This document shows, one piece after another, positions 9,049 through 18,450 of a stretch of 64,000 nucleotides of DNA. Within the stretch, counting starts at the first letter, position 1; every line of letters starts with the position of its first letter. Source of the stretch: an uncultured Acidobacteriota bacterium (GTDB taxonomy: Bacteria > Acidobacteriota > Thermoanaerobaculia > UBA5066); assembly GCA_963779415.1 (NCBI GenBank), contig CAVZYA010000002.1, forward strand, positions 704,001 to 768,000. Reading direction: 5' to 3'. The notes below the pieces were generated by a model. The model saw only the letters and a list, made by a program, of their open reading frames with translations, made no database searches and was not told the DNA's origin. Made by a program: the position numbers and the translations under genes.

Positions 9049-11079
9049 ATGGCCGTGCCGATCAAGCGCCTCTTTGCAGTCTCGAGCCTCCTCTTCCTCT
9101 TCGTCCTCGCGGTCTCGCCTGCCAAGAACGCCCTTCGCCCGTACCGGTCCTTCCAGCGGCGGTTCGCCCGGCTGGGGGCCGAACGCGCGAAGAGCCAGAA
9201 GGCGGCAGGCGACTACGAGAGCCGGCCGATTGCCATCCACCAGATCTGGCTGCGGAACTTTGACGATCGCGTCGACCGCTGTACGACGTGCCACCTCGGC
9301 GTGGCCGATCCGCTCATGGGGGACGCGCCGGAGCCGTTCCGGACTCACCCGAGGACCGAGCACACGCCGGACGGATTCGAGCAGATCGGGTGTACCTCGT
9401 GCCATGGCGGCCAGGGCCTCGCCACCTCGGAGTCGGAAGCCCACGGAACGGCGAAGGACGCGGGGCCGCCGATGACGCCGGCGGCTTACCTCGAGGGGGG
9501 GTGCGGGCGCTGCCACGGCGGGGAGATCGTGCCCGAAGCGCCGCGCCTCTCCCGCGGACGCGCCCTCATGACGCGCTTCAGTTGCTATGCGTGCCACGTC
9601 GTCCGGGGTCAGGAGACGTTTCGGTCGGAGGCACCTCCCATCGAGACCGTCTCCCTGAAGACAGGGGGCGAATGGGTCCGGCGATGGCTGAAGAACCCGC
9701 GCTCGGTCGACCCGAACGCGACGATGCCCAACTTCCAGCTCTCGGATACGGAGATCGACGAGCTGGCGAACGCCCTCTTCGCGCGGGCCGTCCCGGACGA
9801 GCTCGCGCGCGCGATTCGCGGGGCGTCGGACGAGCCGCCCGGAAACGCCGCCAGCGGCAAGAAGATTTTCTCGGAGTCCCGCTGCATCAGCTGCCACACC
9901 GTCGAGGGAAAAGGGAACGGCTCGGCGCCGGAGCTCTCGAAGGTCGCCTCTTCCGCCACGCGCGGCTGGCTTCTCGCGTTCCTTCGATCTCCCCACTCCT
10001 TCAACCCGAAGACGCGGATGCCCGAGTACGGCTTCTCGGAGACGGAGTCGCGCGACGTCGTGGCCTATCTCGAGGAGGAGTTTCGCGACTTCGACGCGCC
10101 GAAGGAGATCCTCGACCCGATCCGGCCCAACCAGACGGTCGCCGAGCGGGGCGAGAAGCTCTTCCGGCGGTTTGGCTGTTTCGCCTGCCACGGGCCGCTC
10201 CCGGCCTCCGAAACGGAGAGGTTCGGTCCGACGCTCGACGGCATCGGGGACAAGAAGCCCGCCTCCCTCGACTTCGGAAAGCGGAACGACCTGCCGCCCA
10301 CGCTGCCGGCCTGGCTCGCCGCCAAACTGGAGGCCCCGCGCTCCTTCGCGCAGGGGCTCCGGATGCCGTCGTTCGGCTTCTCGCCGGAGGAGACAAAAGC
10401 GATCGTGACGGCGCTCCTCGCCATGGGAGCTGACCCCGTCCCGGAAACCTACCGGTACACGCCGATACGGCCGCCCGCCGTCCTCCCGGGCGGAGAGACG
10501 GGCAAGCTCATCGACCGGTACCGGTGTCTCTCCTGCCACGAGATCGGCGACCGCGGGGGCGACATCTCGACGGCCCCGCTCACGCACGAAGGAAGCAAGG
10601 TCCGGCGCGACTGGCTCGTCGGGTACCTTCTCGTCTCCACGTCGATCCGACCGGTCCTGGAGGAACGGATGCCGATCTTCCGGATGTCCCCCGGCGACGC
10701 AACCCGGTTGACCGACGCCATCGAGAGCTTCTGGGTCGACGCGGCGATCCCGGAGGACCCGTTCGCCGGAAAGCCTGCCGCGGACGCCGATCCGCGCGAA
10801 GGCGAGCGTCTCTACACGGAGCTGGGGTGCCGTGGCTGCCACCTGATCGGCAACGCCGGAGGGGGCTACTACGGGCCTCCGCTGACCGACACGGCGACGC
10901 GCCTGAAGCCGGGCTGGGTCTTCTATTGGCTGAAGGGGCCGCAGCGCTGGCGCGCCGACGTCCGCTGTCCGGACTACGGCCTGCGCGACACCGATGCCCT
11001 GCGCCTGACGGCCTATCTCGAGACGCTCAAGGCCCCCCCCGAGACGAACACAGCCAGAACGGCGGGAGGTGCAAAGTGA
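9049..11079 (+). CDS. Membrane-anchored octaheme cytochrome c
   Basis: N-terminal hydrophobic helix; eight CxxCH motifs (CTTCH, CTSCH, CGRCH, CYACH, CISCH, CFACH, CLSCH, CRGCH). Confidence 0.9.
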   Translation: MAVPIKRLFAVSSLLFLFVLAVSPAKNALRPYRSFQRRFARLGAERAKSQKAAGDYESRPIAIHQIWLRNFDDRVDRCTTCHLGVADPLMGDAPEPFRTHPRTEHTPDGFEQIGCTSCHGGQGLATSESEAHGTAKDAGPPMTPAAYLEGGCGRCHGGEIVPEAPRLSRGRALMTRFSCYACHVVRGQETFRSEAPPIETVSLKTGGEWVRRWLKNPRSVDPNATMPNFQLSDTEIDELANALFARAVPDELARAIRGASDEPPGNAASGKKIFSESRCISCHTVEGKGNGSAPELSKVASSATRGWLLAFLRSPHSFNPKTRMPEYGFSETESRDVVAYLEEEFRDFDAPKEILDPIRPNQTVAERGEKLFRRFGCFACHGPLPASETERFGPTLDGIGDKKPASLDFGKRNDLPPTLPAWLAAKLEAPRSFAQGLRMPSFGFSPEETKAIVTALLAMGADPVPETYRYTPIRPPAVLPGGETGKLIDRYRCLSCHEIGDRGGDISTAPLTHEGSKVRRDWLVGYLLVSTSIRPVLEERMPIFRMSPGDATRLTDAIESFWVDAAIPEDPFAGKPAADADPREGERLYTELGCRGCHLIGNAGGGYYGPPLTDTATRLKPGWVFYWLKGPQRWRADVRCPDYGLRDTDALRLTAYLETLKAPPETNTARTAGGAK

Positions 11080-11483
11080 CGGCGCAGGCCGCCCGGCGGC
11101 TCACCGCCGTTTTCGTACTCTTCGCGGCCGCCGGCTGTTCCAGGAAGCCGGGCGCGGTCCCGCAGGCGGCCGCCCCAGCCGAGCCTTCGTACGAGATGCG
11201 GCTGGGCCGGGGAATCTACCGCCACTATTGCCAGACCTGCCACGGGGAGACGGGAGCCGGCGACGGCTTCAATGCCTTCAATCTCGATCCCCGCCCGCGC
11301 GATCTCTCAGACCCCGTCTTTCAGAAAAAGAAGAGCGACGCCGAGCTCGCGGACGCCATCCGGCGCGGGGGATCGGGAGTCGGGCTGTCGCCTCTCATGC
11401 CGCCGTGGGGCCGGACGCTCTCGGCACAGCAGATCGACCAGGCCGTCCTCTACATCCGGTCGCTGAAGAAGACTTCACCCTGA
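11076..11483 (+). CDS. Monoheme cytochrome c lipoprotein
   Basis: Lipobox-like FAAAGC; CQTCHGETGAGDG; distal Met in LMPPWG. GTGA overlap. Confidence 0.85.
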   Translation: MTAQAARRLTAVFVLFAAAGCSRKPGAVPQAAAPAEPSYEMRLGRGIYRHYCQTCHGETGAGDGFNAFNLDPRPRDLSDPVFQKKKSDAELADAIRRGGSGVGLSPLMPPWGRTLSAQQIDQAVLYIRSLKKTSP

Positions 11484-11490
11484 AGCCTCG

Positions 11491-13047
11491 CTACTTGTTG
11501 AGGAGTTTCTCAGAAATCGACTTGGCCTGGAGGAAGAGGCCGAGGTAGTCGCGCCCGCCGGCTTTGCTGTCGGTTCCGGACATGTTGAAGCCGCCGAAGG
11601 GGTGGACGCCGACGAGCGCCCCGGTGCACTTCCGGTTGATGTAGAGATTTCCGCAGAAGAGACGGCGCTTCGCCTCCGCGATCCGGTACCGGTCGCGCCC
11701 GAAGTAAGACCCCGTCAGGCCGTATTCGCTCTCGTTCGCGAGCCGGATCGCGTGGTCGAAATCGCGCGCCTCGGTGATCGCAAGGACAGGCCCGAAGATC
11801 TCCTCCCGGAAGATCCGGTGCGTGGCCTTGACGTCGTAGAAGACGGTCGGCGCGACGAAGTGGCCGGTCTTCCCGCTCCAGGTCCCTCCAGCACCCAATT
11901 TGGCTTCGCGCCGGCCGATCCGGATGTAATCCGAGACCGTCTTGAGCTGCCGCGCGGAGGCGACGGGACCGACGTTCGTCTTCGGGTCGCGCGAGGGGCC
12001 GAGAACGAGCTTCTTCGTCCGGGCGACGACCGCATCGACGAAGCGCCGGTAGAGCCGCCGGTGGACGATGGCGCGCGAGCAGGCCGAGCATTTCTGCCCC
12101 TGGAAGCCGAATGCCGACGCCACGACCTGCGCCACGGCGAAATCGAAATCGGCGTCCTCGTCGACGACGATGAAGTCCTTTCCCCCCATCTCCAGGATCG
12201 TCCGCTTGATGAAGATCTGGCCCGGCGCTTGCTGGGCGGCCTTCTGGCTGATCCGGAGGCCCACTTCCTTCGAGCCCGTGAAGGCGATGAAGCGGGTGAG
12301 AGGATGCTCGACGATGACGTCGCCGATCTCGGCTCCCGAACCGGGGAGGTAGTTGAGGACCCCCGCGGGAGCGCCCGCCTCCTCGAGGAGCGTGAAGACC
12401 TTCCACGCGACGAGCGGCGTGTCCGAGGCGGGCTTGAGGACGACGGAGTTTCCCGACACGACCGCGGCGGTCGTCATCCCCGTCAGGATCGCGATGGGGA
12501 AGTTCCACGGCGGGATGACGGCGCCCGTCCCGAGCGGGACGTAGAGGGTCTCCGGGTACTCGCCCCGGTAGGGCGTGACAGGGATCTCGCCGCCCCAGCG
12601 GAGGATCTCCCGCGCGTAGAACTCGAGGAAGTCGATCGCCTCGGCCGTCTCGACGTCGGCCTCCGGCCACGTCTTGCCGATCTCGAGAACCATCGTCGCG
12701 GAGAACTCGTGCTTGCGCTCGCGCATTCTCGCGGCGGCGCGCAGGAGGACGCTCGCCCGTTCGCGCGGCGGGAGGGCGGCCCATGCCGCCTGGGCGCGGA
12801 CGCCCGCCTCGATCGCCCGGACGGCCGTGGTGCGGTCGGCGAGGTGGTGGCGGGAAAGGACCTGCGCGTGGTCGGACGGGTTCGTGTTGTCGAGGAGCGA
12901 CCGGCCGCGCACGCGGCGTCCCGCGACGACGACGGGAATCTCGGCTCCCGCCGCCCGCTCGACACGGGCGAGGGCGGCCTCGAAAAAGGAACGGTTTTCG
13001 GCGCTGCTGAAATCGGTAAAGGGCTCGTTGCGAAAGTCTTCAAGCAT
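11491..13047 (-). CDS. pruA: 1-pyrroline-5-carboxylate dehydrogenase
   Basis: FRNEPFTDF, EAIDFLEFY, PWNFP, FTGS, EMGGKD, FQGQKCSAC, EEIFGP, PFGGFNMSGTDSKAGG. Confidence 0.92.
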   Translation of the reverse strand: MLEDFRNEPFTDFSSAENRSFFEAALARVERAAGAEIPVVVAGRRVRGRSLLDNTNPSDHAQVLSRHHLADRTTAVRAIEAGVRAQAAWAALPPRERASVLLRAAARMRERKHEFSATMVLEIGKTWPEADVETAEAIDFLEFYAREILRWGGEIPVTPYRGEYPETLYVPLGTGAVIPPWNFPIAILTGMTTAAVVSGNSVVLKPASDTPLVAWKVFTLLEEAGAPAGVLNYLPGSGAEIGDVIVEHPLTRFIAFTGSKEVGLRISQKAAQQAPGQIFIKRTILEMGGKDFIVVDEDADFDFAVAQVVASAFGFQGQKCSACSRAIVHRRLYRRFVDAVVARTKKLVLGPSRDPKTNVGPVASARQLKTVSDYIRIGRREAKLGAGGTWSGKTGHFVAPTVFYDVKATHRIFREEIFGPVLAITEARDFDHAIRLANESEYGLTGSYFGRDRYRIAEAKRRLFCGNLYINRKCTGALVGVHPFGGFNMSGTDSKAGGRDYLGLFLQAKSISEKLLNK

Positions 13048-13142
13048 GGCCGCTTATCATAGCTCTGTTCGCCAATATTGATTTTTGGTGAATTTTCTGT
13101 TGGTATGGCGTCGCTCGGGCGGGTCCTCGTCCGAGGGAAAGG

Positions 13143-13703
13143 GTGATCAAGATGGCGGAGCAACCGGAGAAGGTCCGTGAGTTCGTGACGGATCTCCTGA
13201 AGAAGAACAAAGCGCTGACGGAGCGCGAAGTGAAGTCGAAGATCGGCAAGGCTTTCAAGCTGAATCCGAAAAGCATAAGCGCCGGCGTGATCCGCGAGGT
13301 GCGAGCCGCGCTCGGAATCGACCGGCCGGGCGCCCTCGCCTTTGCACGGAAGATGCTGACCGAGAAGCCGACGCTCGAGGCGAAGAAGGTGATCGGGGCG
13401 ATCGCCGCGAAGTTCGGCATTCGTCTCGGTCCTCCGGACGTCTCCCGGCTCCGGCCACGCCGGGCCGGCGCCGCGCCGGCGCCGCGCCGCGGGCGTCCCC
13501 CGAAGGCGGCAAAGCGCGCTGCGGGCCGGCTGCCGAAGGCCGCGAAGCGCAGGCGGGGCCGGCCGCCGAAGGCGGCAGCCGCAGCCGTCGCGCGGAGCGT
13601 CCGCGCCCTCCCTGCCAAGCGGGGCGGAGCCATCACGGTGACCTACCAGGGGACCGGCTCGCCGGAGGCGCTGGCGGCCTTCTTCCGCTCGCTCTCCTCG
13701 TAG
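13143..13703 (+). CDS. Basic hypothetical protein with AT-hook-like RGRP motifs
   Basis: Lys/Arg/Ala-rich 186 aa; RRGRPPK twice; fills the gap between pruA and the tRNA. Start may be ATG 13152. Confidence 0.7.
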   Translation: MIKMAEQPEKVREFVTDLLKKNKALTEREVKSKIGKAFKLNPKSISAGVIREVRAALGIDRPGALAFARKMLTEKPTLEAKKVIGAIAAKFGIRLGPPDVSRLRPRRAGAAPAPRRGRPPKAAKRAAGRLPKAAKRRRGRPPKAAAAAVARSVRALPAKRGGAITVTYQGTGSPEALAAFFRSLSS

Positions 13704-13712
13704 AACGGCGGA

Positions 13713-13741
13713 TTGACGGGGTCTGGCGGGACACCCATAAT
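13713..13741 (+). promoter_or_regulatory. sigma70-type promoter of tRNA-Gln
   Basis: TTGACG-17 nt-CATAAT, ending 21 nt before the tRNA. Confidence 0.8.
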
Positions 13742-13762
13742 CCCGCCTCCCTGAAGGCCCGC

Positions 13763-13836
13763 TGGGGGGTCGTCCAACGGTAGGACTCCAGACTCTGGAT
13801 CTGGCTATCGGGGTTCGAATCCCTGCCCCCCAGCCA
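13763..13836 (+). tRNA. tRNA-Gln(CUG)
   Basis: Acceptor stem TGGGGGG/CCCCCCA, anticodon arm CCAGA-ctCTGga-TCTGG, GGTTCGAATCC T-loop, encoded CCA. Confidence 0.96.
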
Positions 13837-13903
13837 GTTTTCGCCGGCGTAGCCGGCGAGCGCGCTTTCAGCGCGCGGAAAACTGGCTTGTAACATGGTC
13901 TCA

Positions 13904-13925
13904 GGGAACCCGCGCCCGGGTTCCC
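13904..13925. terminator. Hairpin between convergent tRNA and vanZ-like gene
   Basis: GGGAACCCG-cgcc-CGGGTTCCC perfect 9-bp stem; no clear U-tract. Confidence 0.4.
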
Positions 13926-13952
13926 CGAACCCTTCCACGGCCCAAAGACCCC

Positions 13953-14345
13953 TTAGCGAATCGTGCGGTCCAATCCTGTCCTTCTAAGAAGTCTCTCTCC
14001 GAAAACTACGGCGAGGGCGACGCCGGCCGTGTCGGCGGCGACGTCCCCGATCTCGACGCTCCGCATGGGGACCCAGGACTGATGGATTTCGTCGAGGCAT
14101 CCCCAGAGGACGGCGGAGAGAATCAGGAAGAGAGCCGTCTTGCCGCGGCTCCAGCGCTCGCCGAATCGGGCGGCGCGCACGGCCGCAAGGCCGGTCAGGA
14201 AGAAGAAGCCCGCATGCTCGATCTTGTCGAGGCCGGAGAACGTGAAACCGATTTCCGGGAGCCGGGATTGCGACGAGAGATAGACCTCGAAGCCGAGAAG
14301 GAGAGCGACCGGCGCCCAGAGGAGAAATCGGGCCCTTCCGCTCAC
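13953..14345 (-). CDS. VanZ-family membrane protein
   Basis: [33 protein letters not shown] overlaps the glnS stop. Confidence 0.85.
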   Translation of the reverse strand: MSGRARFLLWAPVALLLGFEVYLSSQSRLPEIGFTFSGLDKIEHAGFFFLTGLAAVRAARFGERWSRGKTALFLILSAVLWGCLDEIHQSWVPMRSVEIGDVAADTAGVALAVVFGERLLRRTGLDRTIR

Positions 14346-16060
14346 GCTCCCACGCGGCTCCTCTTTTCGATCCGGGCCCACGTGTCGCGCAGCGAGACGG
14401 AGCGGTTGAAGACGAGAGCGCCCGACGCGGCGTCCGGATCGACGGTGAAGTAGCCGAGCCGCTCGAGCTGGAAGAACTCGAGAGACTTTCTTCGGGCGAG
14501 GGCGGGCTCCACGCGGCAGTCTTGCTTCACGACGAGCGAGTCGGGATTGAGGTTGGAAAGGAAGGTCTTCCCCTCGGGCGCTTCGTCGGGGTCCGCGTTG
14601 ACAAAGAGCCGATCGTAGAGACGAACCTCGGCCGGGAGGGACCCGGCCGCCGAGACCCAGTGGATCGTCCCCTTGACCTTCCGTCCCGGCGCCTCGCCGC
14701 CGCGCGTGGCGGGGTCGTACGAGGCGCGAAGCTCCACGACCGCGCCGGTCGCGGCGTCCTTCACGACCTCCTCGCACCGTATGATGTAGCCCCAGCGGAG
14801 GCGAACTTCCGTCCCGGGCGAAAGCCGGTGGTACTTGGGAGGAGGCACCTCGCGGAAGTCGTCCCGCTCGATCAGTATCTCGCGCGAGAACGGGACCTTG
14901 CGCGTTCCGGCCGCGGGGTCCTCCGGGTTGTTCACCGCGTCGAGCTCCTCGACGCGCCCTTCCGGGAAATTGGTGATGACGACGCGGAGCGGGTCGAGGA
15001 CCCCCATGAAGCGCGGCGCGCGCCGGTTCAGGTCCTCGCGCAGGCAGTGCTCGAGAAGGGCGACGTCCACGACGCTGTCCCGCTTGGCGAGGCCGATCCG
15101 GTCGCAGAAATCGCGAATCGCCTCCGGGGTGAAGCCGCGGCGGCGCAGGCCCGCGATCGTCGGCATCCGGGGATCGTCCCAGCCCCGGACGTGGCCTCCC
15201 GTCACGAGGTGGAGGAGCTTGCGCTTGGAGAGGAGCGTGTAGGTGAGGTTCAGACGGGCGAACTCGATCTGCCGGGGACGGTTCGGGAGGTCGAGTGCCT
15301 CGAGGCACCAGTCGTAGAGCGGCCGGTGATCCTCGAACTCCAGCGTGCAGAGCGAGTGCGTGATCCCCTCGATCCAGTCGGAGATCGCGTGTGCGTAGTC
15401 GTACATCGGGTAGAGGCACCAGGCATCGCCCGTCCGGTGGTGCGTCGCCTTCCGGATCCGGAAGAGCGCCGGGTCGCGCAGGTTGATGTTGGGCGAGGCC
15501 ATGTCGATCTTCGCCCGGAGCGTCCGCGAGCCGTCCGGAAACTCTCCGGCGCGCATCCGGCGGAAGAGGTCGAGGCTCTCCTCGGCGGACCGGCCACGGT
15601 ACGGGCTGTTCTTTCCCGGCTCCGTCAGCGTTCCACGGGTCTTCCGGACCTCCTCGGCCGAGAGGTCGCAGACGAAGGCTCTTCCGGTCCGGATCAGCGC
15701 CTCCCCGAACTCGTAGAGCCTCTCGAAGTAATCCGAGGCGTAGAAGATCCGATTCTCCCAATCGAAGCCGAGCCAGTGAACGTCTTCCTGGATCGAGTCG
15801 ACGTACTCGACGTCCTCCTTGAGGGGGTTTGTGTCGTCGAAGCGGAGATTGCAGGTGCCGTGATACTCGAGGGCGACGCCGAAGTTGAGACAGATCGACT
15901 TCGCGTGGCCGATGTGGAGGTAGCCGTTCGGCTCGGGGGGGAAGCGGGTCGCCACCTTGCCTGCGTGCTTTCCGGTCCGCTGATCCTCGTCGATGATCTC
16001 GCGGATGAAGTCGCGGGGCGTCGATCCGGGTGCGGGGGGAGGAGGGGAGGCGTCGGGCAT
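14342..16060 (-). CDS. glnS: Glutamine--tRNA ligase
   Basis: [49 protein letters not shown]. Confidence 0.96.
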   Translation of the reverse strand: MPDASPPPPAPGSTPRDFIREIIDEDQRTGKHAGKVATRFPPEPNGYLHIGHAKSICLNFGVALEYHGTCNLRFDDTNPLKEDVEYVDSIQEDVHWLGFDWENRIFYASDYFERLYEFGEALIRTGRAFVCDLSAEEVRKTRGTLTEPGKNSPYRGRSAEESLDLFRRMRAGEFPDGSRTLRAKIDMASPNINLRDPALFRIRKATHHRTGDAWCLYPMYDYAHAISDWIEGITHSLCTLEFEDHRPLYDWCLEALDLPNRPRQIEFARLNLTYTLLSKRKLLHLVTGGHVRGWDDPRMPTIAGLRRRGFTPEAIRDFCDRIGLAKRDSVVDVALLEHCLREDLNRRAPRFMGVLDPLRVVITNFPEGRVEELDAVNNPEDPAAGTRKVPFSREILIERDDFREVPPPKYHRLSPGTEVRLRWGYIIRCEEVVKDAATGAVVELRASYDPATRGGEAPGRKVKGTIHWVSAAGSLPAEVRLYDRLFVNADPDEAPEGKTFLSNLNPDSLVVKQDCRVEPALARRKSLEFFQLERLGYFTVDPDAASGALVFNRSVSLRDTWARIEKRSRVGA

Positions 16061-16069
16061 GGATCTCCT

Positions 16070-17491
16070 TCAGGAAGCCGTGGGGACGGGAGCGATCCGG
16101 TCGGCGAAGGCGAGCGCCCGGCGGCGGAACGTCTCCCGTCCGAGAACCTCGACCAGCTCGAAGAGCGGCGGAGAAGCGAGCGACCCGGTTAGGGCGAGAC
16201 GCGCCGGCTGCGCCAGGTCGCCCAGCTTGAGACTTCTTTCGGCGGCGAGGAGGCGCGCGGCCTCCTCGAGCGCGACATGCTCGAACGGCTCGACGGCGAG
16301 AAGCCGGTCGGCGAGTGCGCGCAGGTTCTCCGCCGCGGCTCTCGTCCCGAACTTCGAAAGGCCGGCGGGGTCGAACGCCGCGGGGTCCGCGCCGTAGAGG
16401 GCGAGCGCGCTCGAGAGCTCGCGGAGGGTCCGGGCCCGCGACCGGTGGAGCGCTACGGCGCGGTCGAGCGTCGTCGGATCGCAGGCCGGAAGTCCGAACG
16501 GGGCGAGCCGCGCGAGAAGCGCGTCCGCCGGCAGCCCCTGCAGGTACTGGCCGTTCAGCCAGAGGAGCTTCTCGTGATCGAAGCGCGACGGGGAAGGGCC
16601 GATCCGCTCGAGCGAGAAGGCGGAGACCATCTCGTCGATCGTCATCTTCTCCCGGTCCTCCCCTGGCGACCATCCGAGGAGGGCGAGGAAGTTGAAGAGC
16701 GCCTCCGGGAGGAAACCCTGTTCGCGGAACTCCTCCACACCCGCCGCCCCATGCCGCTTCGAAAGCTTTTTCCCGTCCGGCCCGAGGATCATCCCGAGGT
16801 GGGCGAAGACCGGGACCGGGGCGCCCAGCGCGCGAAAGAGCGCGACGTGCTTCGGCGTGTTCGGAAGATGGTCGACGCCGCGGACGACGTGGGTGATCCG
16901 CATCGCCACGTCGTCCACGACGACGCTGAAGTGGTAGAGGGGGCGCCCGTCGGAGCGGAGAAGGACGAAGTCGTCGAGGACGCCGGGCGGGAATTCGGCC
17001 CGCCCCTGGACGATGTCGTCCACGACGATGGGGTCGTCCGGCATCTTCAGCCGGACGACGAACTTCTCCCCGGCGGCGGCGCGGCGGCCCGACTCTTCCC
17101 TCGGGATCGCCCGTGCGGCGCCCGAGTAGCGGAAGGCCGAGCCCGAGGCCTCGGCAGCCTTCTTTCCGGTCTCCAGCTCCTCGGGCGTCTCGAAGGCGCG
17201 GTACGCCTTTCCCTCGGCGAGCAGACGCTCCGCCGCCTCGACGTAGAGGCCGTGCCGCTCGCTCTGAAAAAGAGGTCCTTCATCCCACGTCAGGCCGAGC
17301 CATGACATCGCTTCCTGGATCTGCTGCGTCAGCTCGGGCCGGCTCCGCGAGGCGTCCGTGTCCTCGATCCGGAGGATGAAGGTCCCGCCGTGCCGTCGGG
17401 CGAAGAGCCAGTTGTAGAGCGCCGTCCGCGCCCCGCCGACGTGGAGCGAGCCCGTGGGGGAGGGCGCGAAGCGGACGCGGGGAGCCGCCAT
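16070..17491 (-). CDS. gltX: Glutamate--tRNA ligase
   Basis: RFAPSPTGSLHVGGAR, LRIEDTD, KLSKR, LLGWS. Confidence 0.95.
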   Translation of the reverse strand: MAAPRVRFAPSPTGSLHVGGARTALYNWLFARRHGGTFILRIEDTDASRSRPELTQQIQEAMSWLGLTWDEGPLFQSERHGLYVEAAERLLAEGKAYRAFETPEELETGKKAAEASGSAFRYSGAARAIPREESGRRAAAGEKFVVRLKMPDDPIVVDDIVQGRAEFPPGVLDDFVLLRSDGRPLYHFSVVVDDVAMRITHVVRGVDHLPNTPKHVALFRALGAPVPVFAHLGMILGPDGKKLSKRHGAAGVEEFREQGFLPEALFNFLALLGWSPGEDREKMTIDEMVSAFSLERIGPSPSRFDHEKLLWLNGQYLQGLPADALLARLAPFGLPACDPTTLDRAVALHRSRARTLRELSSALALYGADPAAFDPAGLSKFGTRAAAENLRALADRLLAVEPFEHVALEEAARLLAAERSLKLGDLAQPARLALTGSLASPPLFELVEVLGRETFRRRALAFADRIAPVPTAS

Positions 17492-17532
17492 GGCCGCGGG
17501 ATGTTACGGCATCCCCGTATCATCGCCGCCCC

Positions 17533-18447
17533 ATGACGCCCCCGCCCTCGCGCCGTGAAGCGCTCCGCGCCGATGCCGTTCTCGTCGGCGTCACGGTGAT
17601 CTGGGGATCCACCTTCGTCGCCAACCGGCTCGTCGTCACCGGAGAGATGCCGCCGCTTCTCTTTCTCCTGCTCCGATTCACCCTCGCGGGCGTCGTTCTC
17701 TTCCTCCTCGCGCGCGGCCGGCCGCGGACGCCGGGCCTCTGGGCCGACAGTCTCGCCGTGGGCGGGCTGACGGCCGTCGGCATCGCCTTTCAGCTGGCCG
17801 GGCAGGTCTACACGACCGCCTCGAAGGCGGCCTTCATCACGGGGCTCTCGGTGCCGCTCACCGCGCCGGTGGCGTATCTCGTCACGAGGAGGCGGCCTTC
17901 CTCGGAGAACCTCGCGGGACTGGCGATCGCCACGGCGGGATTCGGCGTCATGGCCTGGCCCCGGGAGGTCTCGGGGATCAACAGCGGCGACCTCCTCGTT
18001 CTCGTCACGGCCCTGGCCTATGCCTACGTCGTCGTCCGGCTCTCGGAGTCGAGCGGGCGGCACGACGTGAGGCGCTTCGCGGCGGGACAGATCGCCTTCG
18101 CGGCGGCGACGACCCTCCTTCTCCGGCTCGCCGTGCAGCCGTTTCTCGGGCGGCCCGAGTCCGTCTTTCGCGCGGAAGCGCGTCCGCTCGTGATCGACCC
18201 GAAGCTCGTCGGGCTTCTTCTCTGGATGGCGCTCGCCGCCACCGTCGTCACGTTCCTCCTGATGACCTGGGCGCAGGCACGGATGTCGGCCACGCACGCG
18301 GCCGTGATCTACGCCCTCGAGCCGGTCTTCGCGGCGCTTCTCGCGGCACCGATTCTCGGCGAGCGGCTTTCGGGACGCGAACTCTGGGGCGGCGGTCTCG
18401 TCCTCGCCGGGATCCTCGTCTCGGAGCTGCCTCTCTCGAGGAAGTAG
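17533..18447 (+). CDS. DMT/EamA family transporter
   Basis: IWGSTF, TTASKAAFIT, LEPVFA; about 10 TM helices. Confidence 0.88.
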   Translation: MTPPPSRREALRADAVLVGVTVIWGSTFVANRLVVTGEMPPLLFLLLRFTLAGVVLFLLARGRPRTPGLWADSLAVGGLTAVGIAFQLAGQVYTTASKAAFITGLSVPLTAPVAYLVTRRRPSSENLAGLAIATAGFGVMAWPREVSGINSGDLLVLVTALAYAYVVVRLSESSGRHDVRRFAAGQIAFAAATTLLLRLAVQPFLGRPESVFRAEARPLVIDPKLVGLLLWMALAATVVTFLLMTWAQARMSATHAAVIYALEPVFAALLAAPILGERLSGRELWGGGLVLAGILVSELPLSRK

Positions 18448-18450
18448 CCG

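Noticed and set aside
13763-13950. Integrative element at tRNA-Gln
   Set aside because: No integrase, no duplicated tRNA 3' end seen, and the flanks are housekeeping genes.
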